Assembly: GCA_030390025.1 (NCBI GenBank)
Contig: JASTWF010000033.1
Coordinates: forward strand, 5,954,001 to 6,018,000
Source of the DNA: Squalus acanthias
Lineage: Eukaryota
Direction: 5' to 3'
Length of the DNA stretch: 64,000 nucleotides
This document shows positions 38,800 through 52,880 of the stretch, piece by piece; position 1 is the stretch's first letter; the number at the start of each line of letters is the position of its first letter. The translations under genes and the position numbers were made by a program. Under the pieces are notes generated by a model. That model was not told the origin of the DNA. It worked only from the letters and a program-made list of their open reading frames with translations, and did no database searches.

Positions 38800-41700
38800 T
38801 TTATTCCCCGGTGTAGAGGATACCATGTGTAAATTAACAATTAACTGTAACATTATTCACTGCTGTAGAGGATACCATATGTAAATTAACAGTTAACTGT
38901 AACGTTATTCCCTGGTGTAAAGGATATCAAACGTAAATTAACAATTAACTGTAACTTTCTTCCCCAATATAGTGGACACCATGTGTAAATTAACAATAAT
39001 CTGTAACTTTATTCCCTGGTGTAGAGGATACCATGTGTAAATTACGAATTCACTGTAAATTATTCTGCGATGTAGAGGATAACATGTGTAAACTAACAAT
39101 TAACTGTAACTTTATTTACCGGTGTAGAGAATACCATGTGTAAATTAACAATTAACTGTAACTTTATTCCACGGTGTAGAGGATACCATGTGTAAATTAA
39201 CAATTAACTGTAACTTTATTCCCCGGTGTAGAGGAAACCATGTGTAAATTAACAATTAACTGTAACTTTATTCCCCGGTGTAGAGGATACCATGTGTAAA
39301 TTAACAATTAACTGTAACTTTATTCCCCGGAGTAGAGGATACCATGTGTAAATTAACAGTTAACTGTAACGTTATTCCCAGGTGTAAAGGATATCATGTG
39401 TAAATTAACAATAATCTGTAACTTTATTCCCTGGTGTAGAGGATACCATGTGTAAATTACAATTAACTGTAAATTATTCCGCGATGTAGAGGATACCATT
39501 TGTAAATTAACAATTAACTGTAACTTTATTAACTTGTGCAGAGGTTACCATGTGTAAAATAATAATTAACTGTAACTTTATTCCCCGGTGTGTAGGATAC
39601 AACGTGTAAATTAACAATTAACTGTAACTTTATTCCCTGATGTGGAGGATACCATGTGTAAATTATCAATTAACTGTAACTTTATTCAGTGCTTTCGAGG
39701 ATACAACGTGTAAATTAACAATTAACTGTAACTTAATTCCCCGGTGTAGAGGATACCATGTGTAAATTATCAATTAACTATACCGTTATTCCCCGGTGTA
39801 GAGGTTACAAGATGTAAAGTAACAATTAACTGTAACTTTATTCCCCGGAGTAGAGGATACAATGTGTAAATTAACGAATATCTGTAACTTTATTCCACAT
39901 TGTAGAGGATTGCATGTGTAAATTAACAATTAACTGTAACTTTATTCACTGGTGTTGACGATACCATGTCTAAATTAACAATTAACAGTAACGTAATTCC
40001 CCGGTGTAGAGGATACAATGTTTAAATTAACAATTAACTGTAACTTTATTCACTGGTGCAGAGGAAACAATGTGTAAATTAATAATTAACTGAAACTTTA
40101 TTCACTGTCTCGGAGGATACCATGTGTAAATTAACAATTAACTGTAACTTTATTCCCCGGTGCAGAGGATACCATGTGTAAATTAACAATTAACCGCAAC
40201 TTTATTCCCTGGTGTAGAGGATACCATTTGTAAATTAACAATTAACTGTAACTTTATTCACTGCTGCAGAGGATACCATGTGTAAATTAACAATTAACTG
40301 TAACTTTATTCACTGCTGCAGAGGATACTATGTGTACATTATCATTTAACTGTGACGCTAAACCCTGGTGTAGAGGACACCATGTGTAAATTAACAATTA
40401 ACTGTAACTTTATTCCCTGGTGAAGAGGATACCATGTGTAAATTAACAATTAACTGTAACTTTATTCCCCGCTGCAGAGGATACCATGTGTAAATTAACA
40501 ATTAACTGTAACTTTATTCCCCGGTGTGGAGGATACCATGCGTAAATTAACAATTAACTGTAACTTTCTTCCCCAATATAGTGGACACCATGTGTAAATT
40601 AACAATGAACTGGAACTTTATTCCCCGGTGTAGAGGATGCAATGTGTAAATTAACAATAATCTGAAACTTTATTCCCTGGTGTTGAGGATACCATGTGTA
40701 AATTACGAATTAACTGTAAATTATTCCGCGATGTAGAGGATACCATGTGTAAATTAACAATTAACTGTAACTTTTTTAACTTCTGCAGAGGTTAACATGT
40801 GTAAATTAATAATTAAATGTAACTTTATTCCCCGGTGTGGAGGATACAACGTGTAAATTAACAATTAACTGTCACTTTATTCAGTGCTTTCGAGGATATC
40901 ATGTGTAAATTAACAATTAACTGTAACTTTATTCCCCGGTGTAGAGGTTACAATGTGTAAATTAACAGTTATCTGTAACATTATTCCCCGGTGAAGAGGA
41001 TCCTATGTTTAATTTAGCAATTAAAGGTAACTTTATTCCCCGGAGTAGTGGATACAATGTGAAAATTAACGAATATCTGCAACTTTATTCCCCGTTGTAG
41101 AGGATAGCATGTGTAAATGAACAATTAACTGTAACATCATTCTCCGGTGTAGTGGATACAATGCTTAAATTAACAATTAACTGTAACTTTATTCCCTGGT
41201 GCAGAGGATACCATGTTAAATTAACAATTAACTGTAACTTTATTCACTGCTGCAGAGGATACCACGTGTAAATTAACGATTTACTGCAACTTTTTCCCTG
41301 GTGTAGAGGATACCATGTGTAAATTAACAATTAACTGTAACTTTATTCAGTGCTGCAGAGGATACCATGTGTAAATTAACAATTACATTTAACTTTATTC
41401 ACAGCTGTCGAGGATATCTTTTGCAAATTAACAATTAAATGTAACTTTATTCCCCAGTGCAGAGGATACCGTGAGAAAATTTACAATTAACTGTAACATT
41501 ATTCCCCGGTGTGGAGGATACCATGTGTAAATTAACAATTGACTGTAACTTTATTCCCTGGTGTAGAGGATACCATGTGTAAATTAACAATTAACTTTAA
41601 CTTTATTCCCCGGTGTAGAGGATACCATGTGTAAATTAACAATAAACTGTAACTTTATTCCCTGGTGTAGAGGATACCATGTGTAAATTAACAGTTAACT

Positions 41701-44700
41701 GTAAATTTATTCACTGCTGTAGAGGATACCATGCGAAAATTTACAATTAACTGTAACTTTATTCCCCGGTGTAGAGGATACCATATGTAAATTAACAGTT
41801 AACTGTAACTTTATTTCCCGGTGTAGAGGATACCATGTGTAAATTAACAATTAACTGTAACTTTAGTCACTGCTGTAGAGGATTTCATGTGTAATTTAAC
41901 AATTAACTGTAATTTAAATCCCTGGTGCAGAGGATATCATGTTTAAATTAACAATTGACTGTAACGTTATCCCCCGGTGTAGAGGATACCCTGTTTAAAT
42001 TAACAATTAACTGTAACTTCATTTCCCGGTGTGGAGAATATCATTTGTAAATTAAGAATTAACTGTAACTTTAGTCACTGGTGCGGAGGAAAGCATGTGT
42101 AAATTTACAATTAACTGTAACTTTATTAACTGGTGTGGAGGATACAACGTGTAAATTAACGAATAACTGTAACTTTATTCACTGCTGCAGAGGATACTAT
42201 GTGTAAATTAACATTTAACTGTGACGTTATTACCTGGTGTAGAGGATACCATGTGTAAATTAACAATTAACTTTAACTTTATTCACTGCTGTCGAGGATA
42301 TCTTTTGAAAATTAACAATTAACTGTAACTTTATTCCCCGGTGTAGAGGATACCATGTGTAAATTAACAATTAACTGTAACATTATTCACTGCTGTAGAG
42401 GATACCATATGTAAATTAACAGTTAACTGTAACGTTATTCCCTGGTGTAAAGGATATCAAACGTAAATTAACAATTAACTGTAACTTTCTTCCCCAATAT
42501 AGTGGACACCATGTGTAAATTAACAATAATCTGTAACTTTATTCCCTGGTGTAGAGGATACCATGTGTAAATTACGAATTCACTGTAAATTATTCTGCGA
42601 TGTAGAGGATAACATGTGTAAACTAACAATTAACTGTAACTTTATTTACCGGTGTAGAGAATACCATGTGTAAATTAACAATTAACTGTAACTTTATTCC
42701 ACGGTGTAGAGGATACCATGTGTAAATTAACAATTAACTGTAACTTTATTCCCCGGTGTAGAGGAAACCATGTGTAAATTAACAATTAACTGTAACTTTA
42801 TTCCCCGGTGTAGAGGATACCATGTGTAAATTAACAATTAACTGTAACTTTATTCCCCGGAGTAGAGGATACCATGTGTAAATTAACAGTTAACTGTAAC
42901 GTTATTCCCAGGTGTAAAGGATATCATGTGTAAATTAACAATAATCTGTAACTTTATTCCCTGGTGTAGAGGATACCATGTGTAAATTACAATTAACTGT
43001 AAATTATTCCGCGATGTAGAGGATACCATTTGTAAATTAACAATTAACTGTAACTTTATTAACTTGTGCAGAGGTTACCATGTGTAAAATAATAATTAAC
43101 TGTAACTTTATTCCCCGGTGTGTAGGATACAACGTGTAAATTAACAATTAACTGTAACTTTATTCCCTGATGTGGAGGATACCATGTGTAAATTATCAAT
43201 TAACTGTAACTTTATTCAGTGCTTTCGAGGATACAACGTGTAAATTAACAATTAACTGTAACTTAATTCCCCGGTGTAGAGGATACCATGTGTAAATTAT
43301 CAATTAACTATACCGTTATTCCCCGGTGTAGAGGTTACAAGATGTAAAGTAACAATTAACTGTAACTTTATTCCCCGGAGTAGAGGATACAATGTGTAAA
43401 TTAACGAATATCTGTAACTTTATTCCACATTGTAGAGGATTGCATGTGTAAATTAACAATTAACTGTAACTTTATTCACTGGTGTTGACGATACCATGTC
43501 TAAATTAACAATTAACAGTAACGTAATTCCCCGGTGTAGAGGATACAATGTTTAAATTAACAATTAACTGTAACTTTATTCACTGGTGCAGAGGAAACAA
43601 TGTGTAAATTAATAATTAACTGAAACTTTATTCACTGTCTCGGAGGATACCATGTGTAAATTAACAATTAACTGTAACTTTATTCCCCGGTGCAGAGGAT
43701 ACCATGTGTAAATTAACAATTAACTGCAACTTTATTCCCTGGTGTAGAGGATACCATTTGTAAATTAACAATTAACTGTAACTTTATTCACTGCTGCAGA
43801 GGATACCATGTGTAAATTAACAATTAACTGTAACTTTATTCACTGCTGCAGAGGATACTATGTGTACATTATCATTTAACTGTGACGCTAAACCCTGGTG
43901 TAGAGGACACCATGTGTAAATTAACAATTAACTGTAACTTTATTCCCTGGTGAAGAGGATACCATGTGTAAATTAACAATTAACTGTAACTTTATTCCCC
44001 GCTGCAGAGGATACCATGTGTAAATTAACAATTAACTGTAACTTTATTCCCCGGTGTGGAGGATACCATGCGTAAATTAACAATTAACTGTAACTTTCTT
44101 CCCCAATATAGTGGACACCATGTGTAAATTAACAATGAACTGGAACTTTATTCCCCGGTGTAGAGGATGCAATGTGTAAATTAACAATAATCTGAAACTT
44201 TATTCCCTGGTGTAGAGGATACCATGTGTAAATTACGAATTAACTGTAAATTATTCCGCGATGTAGAGGATACCATGTGTAAATTAACAATTAACTGTAA
44301 CTTTATTAACTTCTGCAGAGGTTAACATGTGTAAATTAATAATTAAATGTAACTTTATTCCCCGGTGTGGAGGATACAACGTGTAAATTAACAATTAACT
44401 GTCACTTTATTCAGTGCTTTCGAGGATATCATGTGTAAATTAACAATTAACTGTAACTTTATTCCCCGGTGTAGAGGTTACAATGTGTAAATTAACAGTT
44501 ATCTGTAACATTATTCCCCGGTGAAGAGGATCCTATGTTTAATTTAGCAATTAAAGGTAACTTTATTCCCCGGAGTAGTGGATACAATGTGAAAATTAAC
44601 GAATATCTGCAACTTTATTCCCCGTTGTAGAGGATAGCATGTGTAAATGAACAATTAACTGTAACATCATTCTCCGGTGTAGTGGATACAATGCTTAAAT

Positions 44701-45420
44701 TAACAATTAACTGTAACTTTATTCCCTGGTGCAGAGGATACCATGTTAAATTAACAATTAACTGTAACTTTATTCACTGCTGCAGAGGATACCATGTGTA
44801 AATTAACGATTTACTGTAACTTTTTCCCTGGTGTAGAGGATACCATGTGTAAATTAACAATTAACTGTAACTTTATTCAGTGCTGCAGAGGATACCATGT
44901 GTAAATTAACAATTACATTTAACTTTATTCACAGCTGTCGAGGATATCTTTTGCAAATTAACAATTAAATGTAACTTTATTCCCCAGTGCAGAGGATACC
45001 GTGAGAAAATTTACAATTAACTGTAACATTATTCCCCGGTGTGGAGGATACCATGTGTAAATTAACAATTGACTGTAACTTTATTCCCTGGTGTAGAGGA
45101 TACCATGTGTAAATTAACAATTAACTTTAACTTTATTCCCCGGTGTAGAGGATACCATGTGTAAATTAACAATAAACTGTAACTTTATTCCCTGGTGTAG
45201 AGGATACCATGTGTAAATTAACAGTTAACTGTAAATTTATTCACTGCTGTAGAGGATACCATGCGAAAATTTACAATTAACTGTAACTTTATTCCCCGGT
45301 GTAGAGGATACCATATGTAAATTAACAGTTAACTGTAACTTTATTTCCCGGTGTAGAGGATACCATGTGTAAATTAACAATTAACTGTAACTTTAGTCAC
45401 TGCTGTAGAGGATTTCATGT
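38800..45420. repeat. Satellite higher-order duplication with a 3530-bp period (about 68 monomers)
   Basis: TATTCTGCGA at 39061/42591 and GACGCTAAACCC at 40354/43884. Confidence 0.85.
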
Positions 45421-48400
45421 GTAATTTAAAAATTAACTGTAATTTAAATCCCTGGTGCAGAGGTTATCATGTTTAAATTAACAATTGACTGTAACTTTAT
45501 ACCCTTGTGTAGAGGATATCATGTTTAAATTAACAATTAACTGTAACTTAATTTCCCGGTGTAGAGGATACCATGTGTAAATTAACAATTAACTGTAACT
45601 TTAGTCACTGGTGCGGAGGATACCATGTTTAAATTAACAATTAACTGTAACTTTATTAACTGGTGCAGAGGTTACCAAGTGTAAATTAACAACTAACTGT
45701 AACTTTATTCCCCGGTGTGGAGGATACAACGTGTAAATTTACAATTAACTGTAACTTTATTCCCCGGTGCGGTGGATACCATGTGTAAATTAACAGTTAA
45801 CTGTATCTTTATTCCCCGGTGTAGAGGTTACAATGTTTAAAGTAACAATTAACTGTAACTTTATTCCCCGGTGAAGAGGATCCTATGTTTAACTTAACAA
45901 TTAACTGTAACTTTATTCCCCGGAGTAGAGGATACAATGTGTAAATTAACGAATATCTGTAACTTTATTCCCCATTGTAGAGGATAGCATGTGTAGATTT
46001 ACAATTAACTGTAACTTTATTCACTGGTGTGGACGATACCATGTCTAAATTAACAATTAACAGTAACGTCATTCTCCGGTGTAGAGGATACAATGTTTAA
46101 ATTAACAATTAACTGTAACTTTATTCACTGGTGCAGAGGAAACAATGTGTAAATTAATAATTAACTGAAACTTTATTCACTGTCTCGGAGGATACCATGT
46201 GTAAATTAACAATTAACTGTAACTTTATTCCCCGGTGCAGAGGATACCATGTGTAAATTAACAATTAACTGCAACTTTATTCCCTGGTGTAGAGGATACC
46301 ATTTGTAAATTAACAATTAACTGTAACTTTATTCACTGCTGCAGAGGATACCATGTGTAAATTAACAATTAACTGTAACTTTATTCACTGCTGCAGAGGA
46401 TACTATGTGTACATTATCATTTAACTGTGACGCTAAACCCTGGTGTAGAGGACACCATGTGTAAATTAACAATTAACTGTAACTTTATTCCCTGGTGTAG
46501 AGGATACCATGTGTAAATTAACAATTAACTGTAACTTTATTCCCCGCTGCAGAGGATACCATGTGTAAATTAACAATTAACTTTAACTTTATTCACAGCT
46601 GTCGAGGATATATTTTGTAAATTAACAATTAACTGTAACTTTATTCCCCGGTGTGGAGGATACCATGCGTAAATTAACAATTAACTGTAACTTTCTTCCC
46701 TAATATAGTGGACACCATGTGTAAATTAACAATGAACTGGAACTTTATTCCCCGGTGTAGAGGATGCAATGTGTAAATTAACAATAATCTGAAACTTTAT
46801 TCCCTGGTGTAGAGGATACCATGTGTAAATTACGAATTAACTGTAAATTATTCCGCGATGTAGAGGATACCATGTGTAAATTAACAATTAACTGTAACTT
46901 TATTAACTTCTGCAGAGGTTAACATGTGTAAATTAATAATTAAATGTAACTTTATTCCCCGGTGTGGAGGATACAACGTGTAAATTAACAATTAACTGTC
47001 ACTTTATTCAGTGCTTTCGAGGATATCATGTGTAAATTAACAATTAACTGTAACTTTATTCCCCGGTGTAGAGGTTACAATGTGTAAATTAACAGTTATC
47101 TGTAACATTTTTCCCCGGTGAAGAGGATCCTATGTTTAATTTAGCAATTAAAGGTAACTTTATTCCCCGGAGTAGTGGATACAATGTGAAAATTAACGAA
47201 TATCTGCAACTTTATTCCCCGTTGTAGAGGATAGCATGTGTAAATGAACAATTAACTGTAACATCATTCTCCGGTGTAGTGGATACAATGCTTAAATTAA
47301 CAATTAACTGTAACTTTATTCCCTGGTGCAGAGGATACCATGTTAAATTAACAATTAACTGTAACTTTATTCACTGCTGCAGAGGATACCATGTGTAAAT
47401 TAACGATTTACTGTAACTTTATTCAGTGCTGCAGAGGATACCATGTGTAAATTAACAATTACATTTAACTTTATTCACAGCTGTCGAGGATATATTTTGC
47501 AAATTAACAATTAAATGTAACTTTATTCCCCAGTGCAGAGGATACCGTGCGAAAATTTACAATTAACTGTAACATTATTCCCCGGTGTGGAGGATACCAT
47601 GTGTAAATTAACAATTGACTGTAACTTTATTCCCTGGTGTAGAGGATACCATGTGTAAATTAACAATTAACTTTAACTTTATTCCCCGGTGTAGAGGATA
47701 CCATGTGTAAATTAACAATAAACTGTAACTTTATTCCCTGGTGTAGAGGATACCATGTGTAAATTAACAGTTAACTGTAAATTTATTCACTGCTGTAGAG
47801 GATACCATGCGAAAATTTACAATTAACTGTAACTTTATTCCCCGGTGTAGAGGATACCATATGTAAATTAACAGTTAACTGTAACTTTATTTCCCGGTGT
47901 AGAGGATACCATGTGTAAATTAACAATTAACTGTAACTTTAGTCACTGCTGTAGAGGATTTCATGTGTAATTTAAAAATTAACTGTAATTTAAATCCCTG
48001 GTGCAGAGGTTATCATGTTTAAATTAACAATTGACTGTAACTTTATACCCTGGTGTAGAGGATATCATGTTTAAATTAACAATTAACTGTAACTTAATTT
48101 CCCGGTGTAGAGGATACCATGTGTAAATTAACAATTAACTGTAACTTTAGTCACTGGTGCGGAGGATACCATGTTTAAATTAACAATTAACTGTAACTTT
48201 ATTAACTGGTGCAGAGGTTACCAAGTGTAAATTAACAACTAACTGTAACTTTATTCCCCGGTGAGGAGGATACAACGTGTAAATTTACAATTAACTGTAA
48301 CTTTATTCCCCGGTGCGGTGGATACCATGTGTAAATTAACAATTAACTGTATCTTTATTCCCCGGTGTAGAGGTTACAATGTTTAAAGTAACAATTAACT

Positions 48401-51400
48401 GTAACTTTATTCCCCGGTGAAGAGGATCCTATGTTTAACTTAACAATTAACTGTAACTTTATTCCCCGGAGTAGAGGATACAATGTGTAAATTAACGAAT
48501 ATCTGTAACTTTATTCCCCATTGTAGAGGATAGCATGTGTAAATTTACAATTAACTGTAACTTTATTCACTGGTGTGGACGATACCATGTCTAAATTAAC
48601 AATTAACAGTAACGTCATTCTCCGGTGTAGAGGATACAATGTTTAAATTAACAATTAACTGTAACTTTATTCACTGGTGCAGAGGAAACAATGTGTAAAT
48701 TAATAATTAACTGAAACTTTATTCACTGTCTCGGAGGATACCATGTGTAAATTAACAATTAACTGTAACTTTATTCCCCGGTGCAGAGGATACCATGTGT
48801 AAATTAACAATTAACTGCAACTTTATTCCCTGGTGTAGAGGATACCATTTGTAAATTAACAATTAACTGTAACTTTATTCACTGCTGCAGAGGATACCAT
48901 GTGTAAATTAACAATTAACTGTAACTTTATTCACTGCTGCAGAGGATACTATGTGTACATTATCATGTAACTGTGACGCTAAACCCTGGTGTAGAGGACA
49001 CCATGTGTAAATTAACAATTAACTGCAACTTTATTCCCTGGTGTAGAGGATACCATTTGTAAATTAACAATTAACTGTAACTTTATTCACTGCTGCAGAG
49101 GATGCCATGTGTAAATTAACAATTAACTGTAACTTTATTCACTGCTGCAGAGGATACTATGTGTACATTATCATTTAACTGTGACGCTAAACCCTGGTGT
49201 AGAGGACACCATGTGTAAATTAACAATTAACTGTAACTTTATTCCCTGGTGTAGAGGATACCATGTGTAAATTAACAATTAACTGTAACTTTATTCCCCG
49301 CTGCAGAGGATACCATGTGTAAATTAACAATTAACTTTAACTTTATTCACAGCTGTCGAGGATATATTTTGTAAATTAACAATTAACTGTAACTTTATTC
49401 CCCGGTGTGGAGGATACCATGCGTAAATTAACAATTAACTGTAACTTTCTTCCCCAATATAGTGGACACCATGTGTAAATTAACAATGAACTGGAACTTT
49501 ATTCCCCGGTGTAGAGGATGCAATGTGTAAATTAACAATAATCTGAAACTTTATTCCCTGGTGTAGAGGATACCATGTGTAAATTACGAATTAACTGTAA
49601 ATTATTCCGCGATGTAGAGGATACCATGTGTAAATTAACAATTAACTGTAACTTTATTAACTTCTGCAGAGGTTAACATGTGTAAATTAATAATTAAATG
49701 TAACTTTATTCCCCGGTGTGGAGGATACAACGTGTAAATTAACAATTAACTGTCACTTTATTCAGTGCTTTCGAGGATATCATGTGTAAATTAACAATTA
49801 ACTGTAACTTTATTCCCCGGTGTAGAGGTTACAATGTGTAAATTAACAGTTATCTGTAACATTATTCCCCGGTGAAGAGGATCCTATGTTTAATTTAGCA
49901 ATTAAAGGTAACTTTATTCCCCGGAGTAGTGGATACAATGTGAAAATTAACGAATATCTGCAACTTTATTCCCCGTTGTAGAGGATAGCATGTGTAAATG
50001 AACAATTAACTGTAACATCATTCTCCGGTGTAGTGGATACAATGCTTAAATTAACAATTAACTGTAACTTTATTCCCTGGTGCAGAGGATACCATGTTAA
50101 ATTAACAATTAACTGTAACTTTATTCACTGCTGCAGAGGATACTATGTGTAAATTAACAATTAACTGTAACTTTATTCAGTGCTGCAGAGGATACCATGT
50201 GTAAATTAACAATTACATTTAACTTTATTCACAGCTGTCGAGGATATCTTTTGCAAATTAACAATTAAATGTAACTTTATTCCCCAGTGCAGAGGATACC
50301 GTGAGAAAATTTACAATTAACTGTAACATTATTCCCCGGTGTGGAGGATACCATGTGTAAATTAACAATTGACTGTAACTTTATTCCCTGGTGTAGAGGA
50401 TACCATGTGTAAATTAACAATTAACTTTAACTTTATTCCCCGGTGTAGAGGATACCATGTGTAAATTAACAATAAACTGTAACTTTATTCCCTGGTGTAG
50501 AGGATACCATGTGTAAATTAACAGTTAACTGTAAATGTATTCACTGCTGTAGAGGATACCATGCGAAAATTTACAATTAACTGTAACTTTATTCCCCGGT
50601 GTAGAGGATACCATATGTAAATTAACAGTTAACTGTAACTTTATTTCCCGGTGTAGAGGATACTATGTGTAAATTAACAATTAACTGTAACTTTAGTCAC
50701 TGCTGTAGAGGATTTCATGTGTAATTTAAAAATTAACTGTAATTTATATCCCTGGTGCAGAGGTTATCATGTTTAAATTAACAATTGACTGTAACTTTAT
50801 ACCCTGGTGTAGAGGATATCATGTTTAAATTAACAATTAACTGTAACTTAATTTCCCGGTGTAGAGGATACCATGTGTAAATTAACAATTAACTGTAACT
50901 TTAGTCACTGGTGCGGAGGATACCATGTTTAAATTAACAATTAACTGTAACTTTATTAACTGGTGCAGAGGTTACCAAGTGTAAATTAACAACTAACTGT
51001 AACTTTATTCCCCGGTGTGGAGGATACAACGTGTAAATTTACAATTAACTGTAACTTTATTCCCCGGTGCGGTGGATACCATGTGTAAATTAACAATTAA
51101 CTGTATCTTTATTCCCCGGTGTAGAGGTTACAATGTTTAAAGTAACAATTAACTGTAACTTTATTCCCCGGTGAAGAGGATCCTATGTTTAACTTAACAA
51201 TTAACTGTAACTTTATTCCCCGGAGTAGAGGATACAATGTGTAAATTAACGAATATCTGTAACTTTATTCCCCATTGTAGAGGATAGCATGTGTAAATTT
51301 ACAATTAACTGTAACTTTATTCACTGGTGTGGACGATACCATGTCTAAATTAACAATTAACAGTAACGTCATTCTCCGGTGTAGAGGATACAATGTTTAA
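43500..51400. repeat. Satellite higher-order repeat with a period of about 2.55 kb (about 49 monomers), about 3 copies
   Basis: GACGCTAAACCC at 43884, 46429 and 48975 (spacings 2545 and 2546), plus a local 208-bp (4-monomer) duplication at 49183. Confidence 0.85.
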
Positions 51401-52880
51401 CTTAACAATTAACTGTATCTTTATTCCCCGGTGCAGAGGATACCATGTGTAAAAAAAAAAATAACTGTAACTTTATTCACTGGTGTAGAGGAAACAACGT
51501 GTAAATAACTGTAACTTTATTCCCTGCTGCAGAGGATACCGTGTGTAAATTAACAATTAACTGTGACGTTATTCCATGATGTAGAGGATACCATGTGTAA
51601 ATTAACAATTAACTGTAATTTTATTCCCCGGTGCAGAGGATACCATGTGTAAATTAACAATTAACTTTAACTTTATTCAATGTTGTCGAGGATATCTTTT
51701 GTAAATTAACAATTAACTTTAACTTTATTCAATGTTGTCGAGGATATCTTTTGTAAATTAACAATTAACTGTAACTTTATTCCCCGGTGTGGATGATACC
51801 ATGTGTAAATTAACAATTAACTGTAACTTTATTAACTGCTGTAGAGGATACCATGTGAAAATTTACAATTAACTGTAAAATTATTCCCCGGTGTGGAGTA
51901 TACCAATTGTAAATTAACAGTTAACTGTAACTTTCTTCCCCGGTGTAGAGGATACAATGTGTAAATTAACAATTAACTGTAACATTATTCCCCGGTGTAG
52001 AGGTTACAAGGTGTAAATTAACAATTAACTGTAACTTTATTCCCCGGTGAAGAGGATCCTATGTTTAATTTAACAATTAAAGGTAACTTTATTCCCGGAG
52101 TAGAGGATACAATGTGTAAATTAACGAATATCTGCAACTTTATTTCCCGTTGTAGACGATAGCATGTGTAAATTAACAATTAACTGTAACTTTATTCCCC
52201 GGTGCAGAGGATACCATGTGTACATTAACAATTAACTGTAACTTTATTTACTGCTGCAGAGGATACCATGTGTAAATTAACATTTAACTGTGACTTTATT
52301 CCCTGGTGTAGAGGATACCATGTGTAAATTAACAATAATCTGTAACTTTATTCCCTGGTGTAGAGGATACCATGTGTAAATTAACAATTAACTGTAAATT
52401 ATTCCGCGGTGTAGAGGATACCATGTGTAAATTAACAATTAACTGTAACTTTATTCCTCGGTGTCGGGATTACCATGTGTAAATTAACAATTAACTGTAA
52501 CTTTATTCACAGCTGTAGAGGATACCATGCGAAAATTTACAATTAACTGTAACTTTATTCCCCGGTGTGGAGGATACCATGTGTAAATTAACAGTTAACT
52601 GTAACTTTATTTCCCAGTGTAGAGGATTCCATGTGTAAATTAAGAAATAACTGTAACTTTATTCACTGCTGTAGAGTATACCATGTGTAAATTAGCAATT
52701 AACTGCAACTTTATTCTCTGCTGTAGAGGATTGCATGTGTAATTTAACAATTAACTCTAACTTTATTCCCTGGTGTAGTGGATATCATGTTTAAATTAAC
52801 AATTAACTGTTACTTTATCCCCTGGTGTAGAGGATACCATGTGTAAATTAATAATTAACTGTAACTTTATTCCCCGGTGT

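Larger units (their letters stand above)
9540..39443. repeat. Large tandem duplication inside the satellite: copy A about 9540-26408, copy B about 26409-39443 (B lacks about 3.9 kb of A)
   Basis: Rare variants recur at offset 16869 (9541/26410, the SINEs), then 12971 (16741/29712, 19769/32740, 23521/36492, 24554/37525), then 13023 after one extra monomer (26041/39064). Confidence 0.85.
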
